Notes under the pieces: generated by a model
What the model saw: the letters and a program-made list of their open reading frames with translations, nothing else
What the model was told of the DNA's origin: nothing
Databases searched by the model: none
DNA from: Eremomyces bilateralis CBS 781.70
Lineage: Eukaryota
Assembly: GCA_010015585.1 (NCBI GenBank)
Contig: ML975166.1
Strand: one strand, 5' to 3'
Length of the DNA stretch: 64,000 nt
Position numbers and translations under genes: made by a program
Shown: one piece after another, positions 37,835-50,341 of the stretch
Numbering within the stretch: the stretch's first letter is position 1
How the letters are laid out: each line of letters opens with the position of its first letter

Positions 37835-40800
37835 ATGAAGTTTGGGCACAACTTGCCTAGGAATCAAGTCCCCGAGTGGGCATCCTATTACATTAACTAT
37901 AAGGGCTTGAAGAAGCATATCAAGGCACTTGCCCAGGAAACCTCGTCTTCAGGACAGGTCGACCTCACTGGTGAGTCTTGTCCGGTCATCGGTCTCGTAA
38001 CTCAACTGACGCGATATTTTATCTTAGAGTTTCTATTCTCCCTCGACCGCAACCTCGAAGACGTAGATGGCTTCTACAACCGAAAATACGCCAAGTACAC
38101 CCGTCGCCTGAAGCGCCTGGAAGACACCTACGAAAAACTGCCGCGTGATGCACTCGATAAAGATGAAGCCGAGGAGCTCGTCCGAGCTTTGTTGGAGCTT
38201 CGATGCCAATTGCGAAAGCTCCAGTGGTACGGAGAAGTCAATCGACGGGGTTTCATTAAGATCACGAAGAAGCTGGACAAGAAAGTGCCGAACGCTGGGA
38301 CCCAACCGAGCTACATTGCCTCGAAAGTCGACCCCAAGCCGTTTGCGTCGAATACTTCCTTGAACACGAATATGAACGCGCTGAACGAATGGCTGTCCGC
38401 TCTATCCGGGTCCAAAGCCGGTGGCGAGACAAGTTCAACGATGTCGTCGGGCTCGGCTCGGACGGTTTCCTCGCGCGCAATCTCCAATCTACCCTCTGCG
38501 CTGCTAGACAGTGTCGACCAGGCCGTACGGAACGATGATGCCACCACCTTAGTCGAGCTGCTCCAGGAGGCGAGTGTTGGCGATGATGTTGGAAGCGCCG
38601 ACGATCCACGACTGCTCTTGAATCTATTGCAACGATCTATCACTAATCGGTCGATGGACTGCATCACCAGACTACTAGAGAGAACCAAATCATTAGACGA
38701 AGACGAGGATATCAATAAACGGAATTGCATTCACCGGCTTATTATTGGCATTGGTCGTTCGGCGAATCGACCATCCCCCCAGAACGATGAACCAGGGGCT
38801 CCAACATTGGGTGCGGGGCTGATCACACCTGCAGAGATGCCCATCTTGCGGCGTACGAAATCCGGTGGTCCGGAGAAAGACAAGCTGGACGACGACTCTT
38901 TTAAGCTCCTGGTCTTCCTGCTCGATGGCTTATCCGCAACACAGCACTCTGCAATATTGGCGAAGGATGCATCTGGGAGAACGCCTCTGCATTATGCAGC
39001 CGAACAAGGGACTGTGCAGGTCTGCCGGGAACTCCTCGACCGAATGTTGGCTTGGAATCTCGTCAACAATGGTCAAGACTTTGAGGCCGATGCGTGGCTG
39101 GACGATGATGGCTTTGCTCCGCTTCACCTGAGTATCATCAACGGCAATCCGTTGACCGGGAAGCTGCTTGTCGAAGCCAGGTATGGCAGCGGGAGCCAGA
39201 CCACTGTTGAGAGCACTCAAACGTCACGGCACAATACCGCAACAGCTCTTGCGCTTGCAGTAAAAGCCAATCACGTCTCCACTATCAAAATACTGGTGGA
39301 AGCCGGGCTTGACTTGAACGTCCGGAATGGCAATGGGGAGACTATCCTTCACGAATGCGCGCGATGTGGCCGAGACGAATGTCTTAAAGTCCTGTTAGAA
39401 GGCACAGGCCCCAAGAAACTGGACCTCGAAGCTACTGAAAACACATTTGGCTGGACACCGCTGTTCGTAGCTTGCGTGGATGGCCACCTGGGTGCAGTCC
39501 AGGCACTTGCAGACGCTGGAGCGGAGCTGACGCGGACGGATATTTCTGGCTGGACCGCACAAGAGCATGCGGCGTTGCGTGGTCATATCAACATTGCGGA
39601 ACTACTTAGCGAATTGATTCCTTCCAGCGCTTCCGTCCCGGGCACCTTCACTGGCACCGTAAGCTCGAAAGAAGACGGGCTTAGCACCCCACTGGCTCCC
39701 GGCTTAAGTATGCTACAGCAGCCGACCAGCGCCATCAAGACATTCGGACATCGATATTTGCGGAACCAACCGATAGTACTGCTGAGCTTAGGATCGCTGG
39801 ATATGCGGAAGGCGATCGAGCCGGTGAAGCTGGACGAAATCTCCATACGAGAGGCGCATACCACGCAACTCGACACGGCGCTATCGATTGTGGTCTCCGC
39901 TCTCGGAGCCGAAGGCGAACCCGTTGTCATAGATCTTCCTGTCCAGGAGAACGTGGCCACCGACCCTATCGCGTTTATCACGAGCGACCTATCGAAGGTG
40001 AAGATTCTCTTCGACATTATTCCCACGTACTCGGGTTCGAAAGAGCGCGTCTTGGGCCGAGGAGTGGCCATGCTCGAGGCTGTGAAGCCGTCCATCGGCT
40101 CCAAGAGGATGTCACTCCAAGGCGATCTGAGCGTCCCCATCATAGCGGCACCTACCTTGAACGTCATCGGCCAGGTGAACTTCAACTTTCTTGTGGTGAC
40201 GCCGTTCTCACATCCGAATATGAGCATCACCGAAGGCCACACGTACTGGAAGACATTGACCGCACCGATGGTCATCGGCCACCGAGGACTCGGCAAGAAC
40301 ATTGCAGCACGGAAGAGCTTACAGCTGGGCGAGAATACGATCGAGTCGTTCGTCGCGGCCGCCAATCTCGGTGCGAGCTATGTTGAATTCGACGTCCAAC
40401 TGACCAAGGACCATATTCCGATCATTTACCATGACTTTCTGGTCAGCGAGACTGGCATCGATGCGCCAGTGCATACCTTGACCTTGGAACAATTCCTCCA
40501 TGTCAATGGCGGACAGTCCCAGCGAGAATCGAGACCTCCCAATCCAAGACAGTCGAGAAATGACTCGGCGGGCAGTAACGGTGCCAGATCCACATGGAAA
40601 CCCCGCTCCTTCTCCGTTGGTTCTGTGATTGAAGATGGTGTGCTTATGAATGAGCGGATGAAGCATACCAAAGACTTCAAGGCGCAAGGTTTCAAAGGCA
40701 ACACTCGTGGAAACTTCATCCAAGCTCCATTTACCACGCTGGAAGAGATGTTCCAGAGGCTGCCCGAAAATGTGGGGTTCAATATCGAGATGAAATACCC

Positions 40801-41335
40801 CATGCTGCTCGAATCCGAGGCACACGACATGGACACGTACGGCGTCGAACTGAACTCCTTCGTGGACACCGTCCTCAAGAAGGTCTATGAGCTTAGTGGC
40901 GGTCGGAACATCATCTTCAGCTCGTTCCATCCGGACATTTGCATATTGCTCTCACTCAAGCAGCCATCCATTCCAGTCCTCTTCTTAACGGATGCGGGGA
41001 CCTCCCCTGTCAGCGACGTGCGAGCAAGCTCACTGCAGGAGGCGATTCGGTTTGCGGTGCGATGGAATTTGCTTGGAATTGTGACATCAGCACGGCCTCT
41101 CGTGATGTGCCCTAGACTTGTGAAGGTGGTAAAGGAGAGTGGGTTGGTGTGCGTCACATACGGGTCACTGAATAACGACCCGGAGAATGTTAAGGTCAGT
41201 CTCCCATCCCAGAATCATCAACCGCCGCTAATATTGGTCCAGGCTCAAGTCCAACATGGCATAGATGCGGTCATTGTAGACAGTGTGCTTGCCATCCGGA
41301 ACGGGTTGACAGAATCCGAGTCGACGGAGTCATAG
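37835..41335 (+). CDS. GDE1: Glycerophosphocholine phosphodiesterase Gde1 (SPX-ankyrin-GDPD); introns 37971-38027, 41195-41242
   Basis: SPX: MKFG..YINYKGLKK..GFIKITKKLDKK. Ankyrin: GRTPLHYAA, GWTPLFVAC. GDPD: IGHRGLG..LGENT..VEFDVQLTKD. Confidence 0.95.
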   Translation: MKFGHNLPRNQVPEWASYYINYKGLKKHIKALAQETSSSGQVDLTGESCPVIGLVTQLTRYFILEFLFSLDRNLEDVDGFYNRKYAKYTRRLKRLEDTYEKLPRDALDKDEAEELVRALLELRCQLRKLQWYGEVNRRGFIKITKKLDKKVPNAGTQPSYIASKVDPKPFASNTSLNTNMNALNEWLSALSGSKAGGETSSTMSSGSARTVSSRAISNLPSALLDSVDQAVRNDDATTLVELLQEASVGDDVGSADDPRLLLNLLQRSITNRSMDCITRLLERTKSLDEDEDINKRNCIHRLIIGIGRSANRPSPQNDEPGAPTLGAGLITPAEMPILRRTKSGGPEKDKLDDDSFKLLVFLLDGLSATQHSAILAKDASGRTPLHYAAEQGTVQVCRELLDRMLAWNLVNNGQDFEADAWLDDDGFAPLHLSIINGNPLTGKLLVEARYGSGSQTTVESTQTSRHNTATALALAVKANHVSTIKILVEAGLDLNVRNGNGETILHECARCGRDECLKVLLEGTGPKKLDLEATENTFGWTPLFVACVDGHLGAVQALADAGAELTRTDISGWTAQEHAALRGHINIAELLSELIPSSASVPGTFTGTVSSKEDGLSTPLAPGLSMLQQPTSAIKTFGHRYLRNQPIVLLSLGSLDMRKAIEPVKLDEISIREAHTTQLDTALSIVVSALGAEGEPVVIDLPVQENVATDPIAFITSDLSKVKILFDIIPTYSGSKERVLGRGVAMLEAVKPSIGSKRMSLQGDLSVPIIAAPTLNVIGQVNFNFLVVTPFSHPNMSITEGHTYWKTLTAPMVIGHRGLGKNIAARKSLQLGENTIESFVAAANLGASYVEFDVQLTKDHIPIIYHDFLVSETGIDAPVHTLTLEQFLHVNGGQSQRESRPPNPRQSRNDSAGSNGARSTWKPRSFSVGSVIEDGVLMNERMKHTKDFKAQGFKGNTRGNFIQAPFTTLEEMFQRLPENVGFNIEMKYPMLLESEAHDMDTYGVELNSFVDTVLKKVYELSGGRNIIFSSFHPDICILLSLKQPSIPVLFLTDAGTSPVSDVRASSLQEAIRFAVRWNLLGIVTSARPLVMCPRLVKVVKESGLVCVTYGSLNNDPENVKVSLPSQNHQPPLILVQAQVQHGIDAVIVDSVLAIRNGLTESESTES

Positions 41336-41417
41336 ATGGGGACATTGCAAAATGTATTGCAAGCGATACAATGCACTTTACTTGACATGTTATAGACATA
41401 TAATATTCACTATATGC

Positions 41418-42081
41418 TCATGCACGCTTGATTTCCCACTTCAAATCCTTAATGCTGACCTCCTCCTTCGCCTTCTCATCATAATCATACCATTCGCCGT
41501 CAGTCAGGTCAATTTCCGTGAACCGTGACTTCGTTTCCGTCGCCGACGCTTTCCAGTCCCCATCCGGTTTGAACTCGATGAACTCGAGCCCTCGGCAGTC
41601 GAACTCCAGGATATTTTGCCGTTTTGGTGGTGATGAATGTGGGTAGGGAGCGGGTTCCTTCTGAATGGTTGCAGAGTGTTCTCTCTGCGCCCAGCGATGT
41701 TTCCGTGAGCAACGACTCATGAATCATAGTAATCGTGAACAGTCATACTTTACATAACGTGCATTTCCACACGAAGTTCGCCTCGCCACGGCTTCCGCTG
41801 ATCTCGTTTTGCTCCTTCAGGGCCGTCAGTGGTTCGTCTCCTCTAGACTACGTCGACTGGAGGTGGATGTTCACGAACAAAACGGCTGATCGTCACCCAA
41901 TTGGGATGAACCTCACGGCAGGATGTGCATTGGACCTTAAATGTATAATAGAAAGGCTTGTCGCTTGTGTCGTCGGGCACGAGGTCGGTCACGCTTCGAT
42001 AGTATTAGCGGAGGAAATTGTTCTCGATTCGCTCACGGCGATGTACCCATTCAGCTCGGCGGTCAGTGCTAAAGCCAACAT
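41418..42081 (-). CDS. DUF866/UPF0587 CXXC zinc-binding protein (CZIB/YCR090c-like); introns 42046-41994, 41878-41815, 41748-41685
   Basis: Spliced MLALALTAELNGVTDL..YTFKVQCTSCREVH..EISGSRGEANFVWKCTLCKREHS..FDCRGLEFIEF..DGEWYDYDEK. Confidence 0.92.
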
Positions 42082-42263
42082 TTTGATAGCTTTTTACAAC
42101 TTGGATTTGTTTTCTCAGACAAGAATACAAGGATTATTTGCAGTGAACGAACATTGACCGCGATATTTGTAGATATTTGTAGATATTTGGAGCGATCGAC
42201 CTCAGCACATTGGTAGAAAACTGACCAATGACAAGTGGGAATCCAGCCATATCAAGAACCTAA

Positions 42264-42298
42264 TCACGTGATAGAAAAATTACTCTAGTATCACGTGG
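42264..42298. promoter_or_regulatory. Two CACGTG E-boxes in the DUF866 / PPR-like bidirectional promoter
   Basis: TCACGTGA at 42264 and TCACGTGG at 42291. Confidence 0.5.
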
Positions 42299-42447
42299 CC
42301 TGGACCACTAACAATCCAGGTACCATGGATTCTAGTGATTATCGTGATTATTATTATCGGCACGCATGATGTTTCCAGGACAGCAGAATGACCCCCATTG
42401 CGACCTGGACAAGAGCATAACACTCCGGGTTTCCTCCTCTGGGGAAT

Positions 42448-44682
42448 ATGCAGACGCTCTGGACCCGCATTGCGCACGTTCGGAGCCACTGCATCTGCCC
42501 CCAATGCCACCCTTCGAGGTGGTCCACCTCGACCTCAAGCCGACGAGTGACCACCAGCACCCCCCGTTGGCGATTGCTGAAGCCGATCCACTCCGCGACA
42601 TTCTTCTACTCCGCGGTATTCGCTAGCGCCGCGGTCGTGGATGGTGGAGCGAAGAAACAACGACGACTCGAACTCGACAATGCCATTGCTGAAGCTCGGA
42701 GAGAGCTCGGGAACGACACGGCCACGGACGATGGACTTGCCGAACATATGCGATACGCGGAGTACCCCCCTTCAATTACCATAGAAACCCGCCTGGATGG
42801 CAATGCAGGGACCAGCAAAGAGTATGAAGAGCCTTGGAATGAGCGCTGGGAAACAGCTCCTGAGCCCATGCGATCCTCCGAGAACACTTTGCGAATCAAG
42901 TCGACAATTTCAAACCACGCACATATCAGTGATGGCCTTCGGCCGTTTGTCGAACATTGGACAGAGAATGGAGCGGGGTCTGCGCAATTTCGTAATCACC
43001 TGAACAAAACACTACATAGTGGAAAGAACGGTGTCGATGCGGACTTCTCCCATCCGTACTCGTGGCTTGACCGCAAGCACAGAACCATGTTTCGGGATGG
43101 TTGGGTTCTCCAGTCGATGGGGATTGACACCCGCGCAGTAAAAGCCTTGAACGCACTTGTCGTCGAAAACGGGAACGATCAGGTCGACTTGGACTTCGTC
43201 CGGGACCATCAGCCCGTGGCCGGAGCACCTTGGCCTCGACTCGACGGCGCGACATCGTGGCGAATACGGAGGCGCGATTTTCATTTCGGGCCCGAATCGA
43301 TCTGGTCTCAGGGGATTGACCGCAGAAAAGTTCTGGACAATCCTCCCTGGGCGGACCGAAAACTCTCGATCCTCGATGTTTCCGTTGGAGCGATGATTTG
43401 CAAACTGCTTCTATCGTGCGGCTGCTGGACTGATGTAACGGAGCATATACGGAGATTGGGGGTATCGACGCTCCGCTCATATTCAAAGACTGGAGAGGCA
43501 AAATTGGGCTCCACGCTGCTAGAACTGCAGGACATTTTGAAACGATTGCGTTTTCGTCCCGATCAGCGGAGCAGCTACCCGACCCCGAGAGTGCCCCTGC
43601 CATATTTCAAGCATAGCCCCGACGGGAGTCATCATGAAGTGGTCGTTGAAGTGAACGAGTTACTGGAACGTGCGCTCAGGGACTTTAAGGACGATAAAAT
43701 ATCACTGCCAGAGGTAGTGATAAGAGTGACCGAGGTATTCTTGTCGAGTCCTGTGCCACCAAACATCACATCCTACAACCTCCTCCTCGCGGCTTTCAAT
43801 TCTCCCGAGCATTCCTCCCTCTTCAACACCGTCTTGACGTCCGCTCTCGAGACCCGCCAGCACGTCAATGAGGTCACACGCTCCTTGGTCTTCGACCATT
43901 TCTCGATGATGAACGAGCCCGTCAAATTCTGGTATTTTTATCGGCTCACCAAGGGCGAACTCGGCGGACTAGAGGTATTTAAGTTGCCGGCCGGAAAAAT
44001 ATCCGAGTACACCCAAGTTGCTCGATGGAGCGGGGAGAGTCCTTCCAAGGCTGTTGCTGTGATGCGCCCCGACCCTCTTGTCTTGCAGCAAATGGTCCGC
44101 GGGATGCTCCGCTTCATGAATATGAATGCCGTATACCAATGGTGGCATACCATCACACCCGGGCAAGTGCGGAAAAACAGAGAGTCGTTTCGTCTCATGC
44201 TCCGAAAATGCGTGGTGTACCGGGATTGGGAACGAGGTCGGTGGGCGTTCTCCAGCCTGGTTGATTCGTTTCTCAAGGAGAACGGAGGGCGACCGTGTTC
44301 CGAAACATACTTCCTGATGCTCTCCTTGTGTCAAATGTGCGATATGAAGGATGAGTTCCGCGTGCTACTTGACCAGATGGTCGCCTCTGGGCTGTGCGCT
44401 CAGACGGCTGCGACGCGGGTGGCTCAGTTCTGCAAGAGTATTGTCGACGTATACGATAAGCACCGAATACGCACAGATAAGAAAGAAGTTTCGAGTCAGG
44501 CGAGGGCCGTGAAACCGAACCGAATCCAACTCAGAACTCAGGAGGCGCGGAACCACCCAACACATACCAAGATGAAAACATACGTGTCGGTCTACCCTGA
44601 CAGAGAGGCTCTGGAAGACGTAATGGAGGATACACCAATGTCACAGATGGCCGCGGCTCCGGCTTTGCAAGCCGCCTCCTAA
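42448..44682 (+). CDS. Probable mitochondrial PPR-like protein
   Basis: 744-aa single ORF. Arg/Ser-rich presequence-like N-terminus. PPR-like motifs PNITSYNLLLAAF and PCSETYFLMLSLC. Confidence 0.7.
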   Translation: MQTLWTRIAHVRSHCICPQCHPSRWSTSTSSRRVTTSTPRWRLLKPIHSATFFYSAVFASAAVVDGGAKKQRRLELDNAIAEARRELGNDTATDDGLAEHMRYAEYPPSITIETRLDGNAGTSKEYEEPWNERWETAPEPMRSSENTLRIKSTISNHAHISDGLRPFVEHWTENGAGSAQFRNHLNKTLHSGKNGVDADFSHPYSWLDRKHRTMFRDGWVLQSMGIDTRAVKALNALVVENGNDQVDLDFVRDHQPVAGAPWPRLDGATSWRIRRRDFHFGPESIWSQGIDRRKVLDNPPWADRKLSILDVSVGAMICKLLLSCGCWTDVTEHIRRLGVSTLRSYSKTGEAKLGSTLLELQDILKRLRFRPDQRSSYPTPRVPLPYFKHSPDGSHHEVVVEVNELLERALRDFKDDKISLPEVVIRVTEVFLSSPVPPNITSYNLLLAAFNSPEHSSLFNTVLTSALETRQHVNEVTRSLVFDHFSMMNEPVKFWYFYRLTKGELGGLEVFKLPAGKISEYTQVARWSGESPSKAVAVMRPDPLVLQQMVRGMLRFMNMNAVYQWWHTITPGQVRKNRESFRLMLRKCVVYRDWERGRWAFSSLVDSFLKENGGRPCSETYFLMLSLCQMCDMKDEFRVLLDQMVASGLCAQTAATRVAQFCKSIVDVYDKHRIRTDKKEVSSQARAVKPNRIQLRTQEARNHPTHTKMKTYVSVYPDREALEDVMEDTPMSQMAAAPALQAAS

Positions 44683-45234
44683 TGATCTTAGTCTAGGAAC
44701 ACGGTCACTTGAGATGCATCTCCAATACCCATGTCCCTCATTCACCGGAAGCTGCTGGAGGGACTCCATGTCGGAACATTTGTCGGAACATTACGAGAGC
44801 GATGCATGCATAGGGAAGGCGTTTATTTGGTAGCGCTGCTCAAGGTCGAGCAACGCGAATTTTGTATTTATCTGGTTACAAACCCCACCTAGCATGTAGA
44901 GGGTCATAGAGGCGGTGAAGTCTGGCTGTTGTATATTATCATGGACGAGAACGACTAGGAATGAAACATGGATAGCGTTCAATTTCATTGGGAATGGCGG
45001 TGGTCGTAGCGATTTTGTGTGGATTCGAGGTATGGACTGGCTTAGTGGACCAGAGACAAACAATGATTAGATATAATCAAGCACGTAGATGATTCACCTA
45101 GGGTAGAATGAATTGGAATCGCACTACGTGCGAGATTTCATTCAAAGCTCAATGCCTATCGCCGTTTGTCGATATGAATACCCATTTTTACCGTAAGGAA
45201 CCATGTAGAGCCTCTCGCCATGCAGAAACAGAAT

Positions 45235-45932
45235 CTAGAACTTGCTGAACTTCTTGACAGCCTTTCCAGTCCTTGGCAGCACTCGTAGAACGTTGAATCG
45301 GACCTGTGGAAGCAAAATATTAGTCCACAATTCTAGGAACCCTTATGTTGGATAGATGTCTCGCTTACCGTCTTGCTCAAAGGTCTGCACTGGCCGACGG
45401 TGACCTGATCACCTTCTTCCACACGGAAGGCAGGGGAGACATGTGCCGCAAGGTTCTTGTGTCGTTTCTCGTATCGCGAGTACTTGGGGACGAAGTGGAG
45501 GTATTCGCGTCGGATGATGAGAGTTCGATGCATCTTCGTGGAAACAACGGTTCCGGTGAGGATACGGCCGCGGATGGAGACTAGCCCGGTGAAGGGGCAC
45601 TTCTTGTCTGCAGTGATTCTGTCAGTAATTCATCCCCCTGGAAATAATCGATTGTGCGAGGCATCGCGAGTCGCATGCAAACATAAGCAGCACTCTCGAC
45701 TTGCTAAACATGCTCCGCGAACGCCCGTCTCGAAACCACAGGGATTCGTACCGATATAGTTGCCCTCAATGGCCGTCTTCGGGGTCTTGAACCCAAGCCC
45801 GACGTCCTTGTACCATCTCCGACCGCCTTTGCCGACGCGCTTGGTCTTGCCGCTCTGGGCCTTCGAGTTGAGGAAGATATGCGGCTGCTTCTGGAAAGCA
45901 CGCTCGCTTTGGACGGTCAATTCTGTGGCCAT
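45235..45932 (-). CDS. RPS11: 40S ribosomal protein S11 (uS17); introns 45751-45608, 45368-45304
   Basis: [62 protein letters not shown]. Confidence 0.98.
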
Positions 45933-46436
45933 GTTTGCGACCGTTCGGTGGTGATGGGATGCGATGTGCGGAGATCTTCCTCGTGATGTTAAATTCGATG
46001 AGTGAGGTGGAATTTTGATGGTTCGCCTGGACGGTCGGTGTGGAAAAACTGAAATTCCGGAGTGGCTTGATGTGGCTGGTGCCCTTGAGAATGTGGCTAG
46101 TGCAGTTTGTTGTGGCGGTGTAGCGCTAACCCCAATTAGGTGCGGTGTAAACAAACCGAACCCTGGACAAACACATCCACCACTTCAACCTTCACATCCA
46201 TCCGTGGTTCTGCACGAGACCACGAATATCACGAAACATATCCTAAGTCCATAAACTTCCCAGTTTGCGCTTGGCCAGTGGTCGCAAGATAATACCATAT
46301 CAAATACAGCCCTTGTCTATGTGGACATCCCCTATCAATGCATACTTAACCTCGCGAATACCTCCTCGGCGATCTATAAACCGCACCAAAGCTAGGAGCG
46401 AGTAGCAAGAGCATTATTGATCAGCTACACATCAAC

Positions 46437-49400
46437 ATGGCTGCCGAATCCGACAAAGAGAATCTCCTGCACGATTTACTCCCCACGATTGACCACGCGA
46501 AATCGCCGCGATCCACAGCTGATCCAAAAGCAATGGGCAAACGAAACCGAAGCAAGAGTATTGGACCAGGCGGGCTTGACGATGTCTTGTTGAAGCCTTC
46601 GACTAAGGACCGGCGAAAGGCATGTATAATGTCAACAATATTCGGCGAACAACGCTAACTGGATTTAGTCTGCATTCGTCCCTGCGGTCAAGTCCATTCT
46701 AGCGAGCCGGGAAGATGAAGCGAAGAGGAAGGAAGCAAGGCGAAAGTCGCTTGGTTAGTAAAGAGAATCGACTTCCCAAAATCCGTTGCTGACATCCAAA
46801 GCGAATCGCCGAGTGTCATTTGCGCCAGAGGCAACTCTGCACACTTGGGACGTCATCGAGTACATGCGCGATGCGACAACTTCATCTTCCTCATCCAGCC
46901 CACGGCGGAACGCTTCAGAATCCCCGAAAAACCCAAGAAAAACGCCGAAAAATGGTGATCCATCGCCGACCGCGGAAGATGCCACGGCGCAATCGCCCTC
47001 TACGCCTCCGAAACAGGCAGAATCTCCGATACCCGAATCATCGCCAGCAAACCAGAGAGACATGCACCAACGGAAGCGTCGCCGGGTCTCTAGAGTTCCA
47101 CCTGAAATATCGAGCCCTTCAGACGCTCCATCATCGAGCCCGGCGAGCGCAACCTCGAGCGCCGCAAGCGACGACATCGAAAGCTCGACGGGAAGCAATG
47201 AGAACACTTTATCTCATGCCGATGGACCAAACAACGGCACGAGTCCGGACGGCTCAACAACATCTTCCAGTGGGCGTTTGGAAGAAGCGTTGCGGCAGGC
47301 GGCAACGCAGGCTGGAACACGAGGAATCGAATGTGACGAGAATGAAGAGATATCCATGGATCTAGCTTCGGAAGAGGTAACCGCAGCCTTCCAGCCCTGG
47401 CTTCAATTCAAGGCCAAAGCCCAAGCACCCCGCCCTGATCTGGATCAAGAGAACATCGATCCGTTTTCTCCAGCCATCAGCACAAGGACAGTTGGCAGCA
47501 AAACCAACCAGCCAATGCTACCAGAAAGCGAAGGTTCCGATGAGATGAGTATGGATATCACGCAAGCAGTCGGTGGTATTCTGTCCAAGCGGAACGTAGA
47601 AGACACGGAAGCGGATGATGCAACGATGGATTTCACCACGGCGGTCGGTGGCATCAAGTTCAGTCAGAATGCGCAGCCTGCATCTCAGCGTAGCGGAATC
47701 AAGAGACGGAGGTCAAGCGTGTTTCCAGCACCTGCGAGTGTTGTCGATGCCAGCGGTAGTCCCTCCAGACGAAAGAGCCTACGCCGGACAAGCATGAATC
47801 ATCGACAGTCTCTCGGCAATTTGGCCATCGATGATGAAACTATGGATTTGACCGAGTCACTTGGTGGCATCCAGGAAATGATATTCAAGGCTAACTCCGA
47901 GCCCGCCGCAACATTGGACATGACACTCGGCGACGACGCTATGGACTTTACGATGGCTGTCGGCGGCATCAAGGATGTCAAAGCTACACAACTCGATGCT
48001 CAAATCGAAGACGACGAGGGCGACTTGGAGGACATGAGTATGGAGCTGACCTCGAATTTTGGAAATATCGATCAGGGCAAGTTAGCGAAGGCCTCCACTC
48101 CCTCAACAGCACCCGTGGTGAAACGACACGGCTCAGAAGATCAGATCTTGCCCCGTATTGATGAACATCAACCCAAAGCCGCCGCGCCTCTAAATCTCAC
48201 CCCGTCTCCACCTAAGCGGTCACCGATCAAACCAAGTCCGAAACGTCAAACTACAGGAATAGGAGGTACACCAAGGAAGTCTCCTCGACGTTCTGGAAGA
48301 CTTAGCATAGTCCCGATGACGCCTGAGCAGACTGGAGCGAGCTATGAGAAAGATGTGCGCTTCAGCCCGCGCCCGCAGAAACAAACCAACGAGGGGCCCG
48401 AAAGCCAACCCAAAACGCCTGTCAAGATGGAGGTTCCCGATGCTCCCCAGCAGCAGAATCCATCCCCAAGGGTCAAGGAGAGCCCCTATTGGTTGCAACC
48501 CGATACAACTCCCAAGGCGAACAATCTGTCCCAGTCTATCAAATCGCTCTCCACTCCAAGAAAGCAAGTTAGGACTCCTGTACTCAAGTCCACTTCTACC
48601 CCAAAAAGCCCGGCCCAGCGGAGTCCCGTCAAATCATTCACGCCAAAGCAAACGACTCCAGGAAAGGGGCCAAAAAAGAACGTGACGATTTCAGAACCCG
48701 TTCCGAGAGCGTCACCAGTGAAGGACGACACCTCTGTCGATGAGCACCTTTCGCTAAAGGAATTTCTCCGCTTAACGAACATTCGATTTCTTGATCTTAC
48801 TACGACGAAGAGAAGACATACTGGAGCACCTTCTGCTCTGACCAAGCAATTTTTGCAGGAGGAATCTGCAGATGATGATTCTCACCGGATTGAGAATGCG
48901 GCTGTTGCTGGTGCATGCACGGTACCACTGCTGAGTCTCTTCCAACATGTGAGTACAGCCCATGCGATGGGTGTTATAAAGATTAACATGACCCTAGTCT
49001 TGTCATGAGATGAAGCATTATATCTCGGGTGGGAAGGACGAAGTCCGTATGATTGAGAATGAAGCCGTTGAAAACCAGCCTCCATTGTTCAAAGAATATA
49101 TATCCGCACCTCCAGGTGAACGGATGATTATGGACAACCAGTTCAAGAACATGAAAAGTAATGCTCGCTTGCAAAGCAAAGCCGGCTGGTACTCATGGCG
49201 GATGCAGCTCCTGACAGAGCTCACGAAAGGACTCAAACAGTCCTCGCTCGACCTTGATGAGGACGATAATGCATTGCAAACACAGGAAGAACTGATGAAA
49301 TCCATTCTACCAGGTCTCCTTCAACGTAATGACGAATTGCAAAAGAGGCTGGGGAGACTACAAGAGCACGCAGCGAACTTTAATGAGGAAGACCAGGACG

Positions 49401-50341
49401 AGCTTGAGGCTGCGAGACTAAGGCTGCAAAGTGCAGATGAGGAGATCGCGCAAAAGAAGAGGCTCCTCAGCGAATTGCAGCAGTCTATGCACGAAAAAGA
49501 ACAGGCGATTGCGGACCTAAGGGACCGGAAAGAAGAGTCTTCAGAAGCCATCAAGGCGGCAGAGCGGGTGCGGGAAGAGTGCCGTGGCTGGTCTGCAGAC
49601 GAGGTCGGCATGCTCAAAGGTATGATCCACAACCCATTGAATACTGGTATAAACTAACGGTCTTTAGCCAAAGTTGATGCTGTTGGACTCAAGACAGGCT
49701 GGACGATCACATCTGCCAATGCGGATCCGCATACGCTCACAATGACTTACAAATCGGAACTCGAGCTCTTTCTCCATCCAGCCGCATTCCTTGGTGGCAT
49801 GGAAGACCCTATGGCGGGCAACCAACCGATCAGTCTCGGCTACATTGGCGATAATCACGCTTTACGCAAACCGCAGCCGCTCACCACCTCCAAGCGGTTC
49901 TTTCTTCAGCTTCTTCAAGCACATCTCCATTCGATTCCTCAATACCAGACGTCGGTACCGGACCTTCTTCGGACGGTCAGCTCGGGATGGGATTGCGCCG
50001 ATTCTGTGGCGAATGCTGTCCGGCTATTGCGGCAACTATGTATCACAGAGGAGGCTATTCTCAGTGATGAGCGATTGTCGATCAAAGTGAACATGGTGCT
50101 GCCGAACCTTCAGACGAAGGTCCGTCCTGTCATTGTGATCACGGCCCACATTTCAGACGGTCATGTCGAGGTATTCTCAGATGTGACGGCCTCGGTGGTC
50201 TATGGAGAGAAGTATGATGAAAGCAAGATGGGCGAGTTTCTAAAGGTACATATGGGCTCCAGACTTGATGCCGGTTCGTCTTGGGCCGAGTCAGTCTTGG
50301 ACCTGAAGAGACGTCTTATCAAGCGAGGCCGAAAGGGTTGA
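46437..50341 (+). CDS. SPC105: Kinetochore protein Spc105/Spc7/KNL1; introns 46620-46668 (GC-AG), 46754-46801, 48949-48997, 49620-49667
   Basis: RSKSIGPGGL, KSIL and RRVSF PP1-docking motifs, MELT-like repeats (MDITQ, MDFTT, MDLTE, MDFTM, MELTS), and a C-terminal Spc7 coiled coil (LSLKEFLRLTNIRF). Confidence 0.93.

Noticed and set aside
32229..40930. Long overlapping or antisense ORFs within PRP31, CLF1 and GDE1
   Set aside because: Typical shadow frames of GC3-rich coding sequence.
42162..42191. 10-bp tandem repeat (GATATTTGTA x3); similarly a 12-bp duplication at 44769-44792
   Set aside because: Short slippage duplications without spacers; not CRISPR-like and no evident function.
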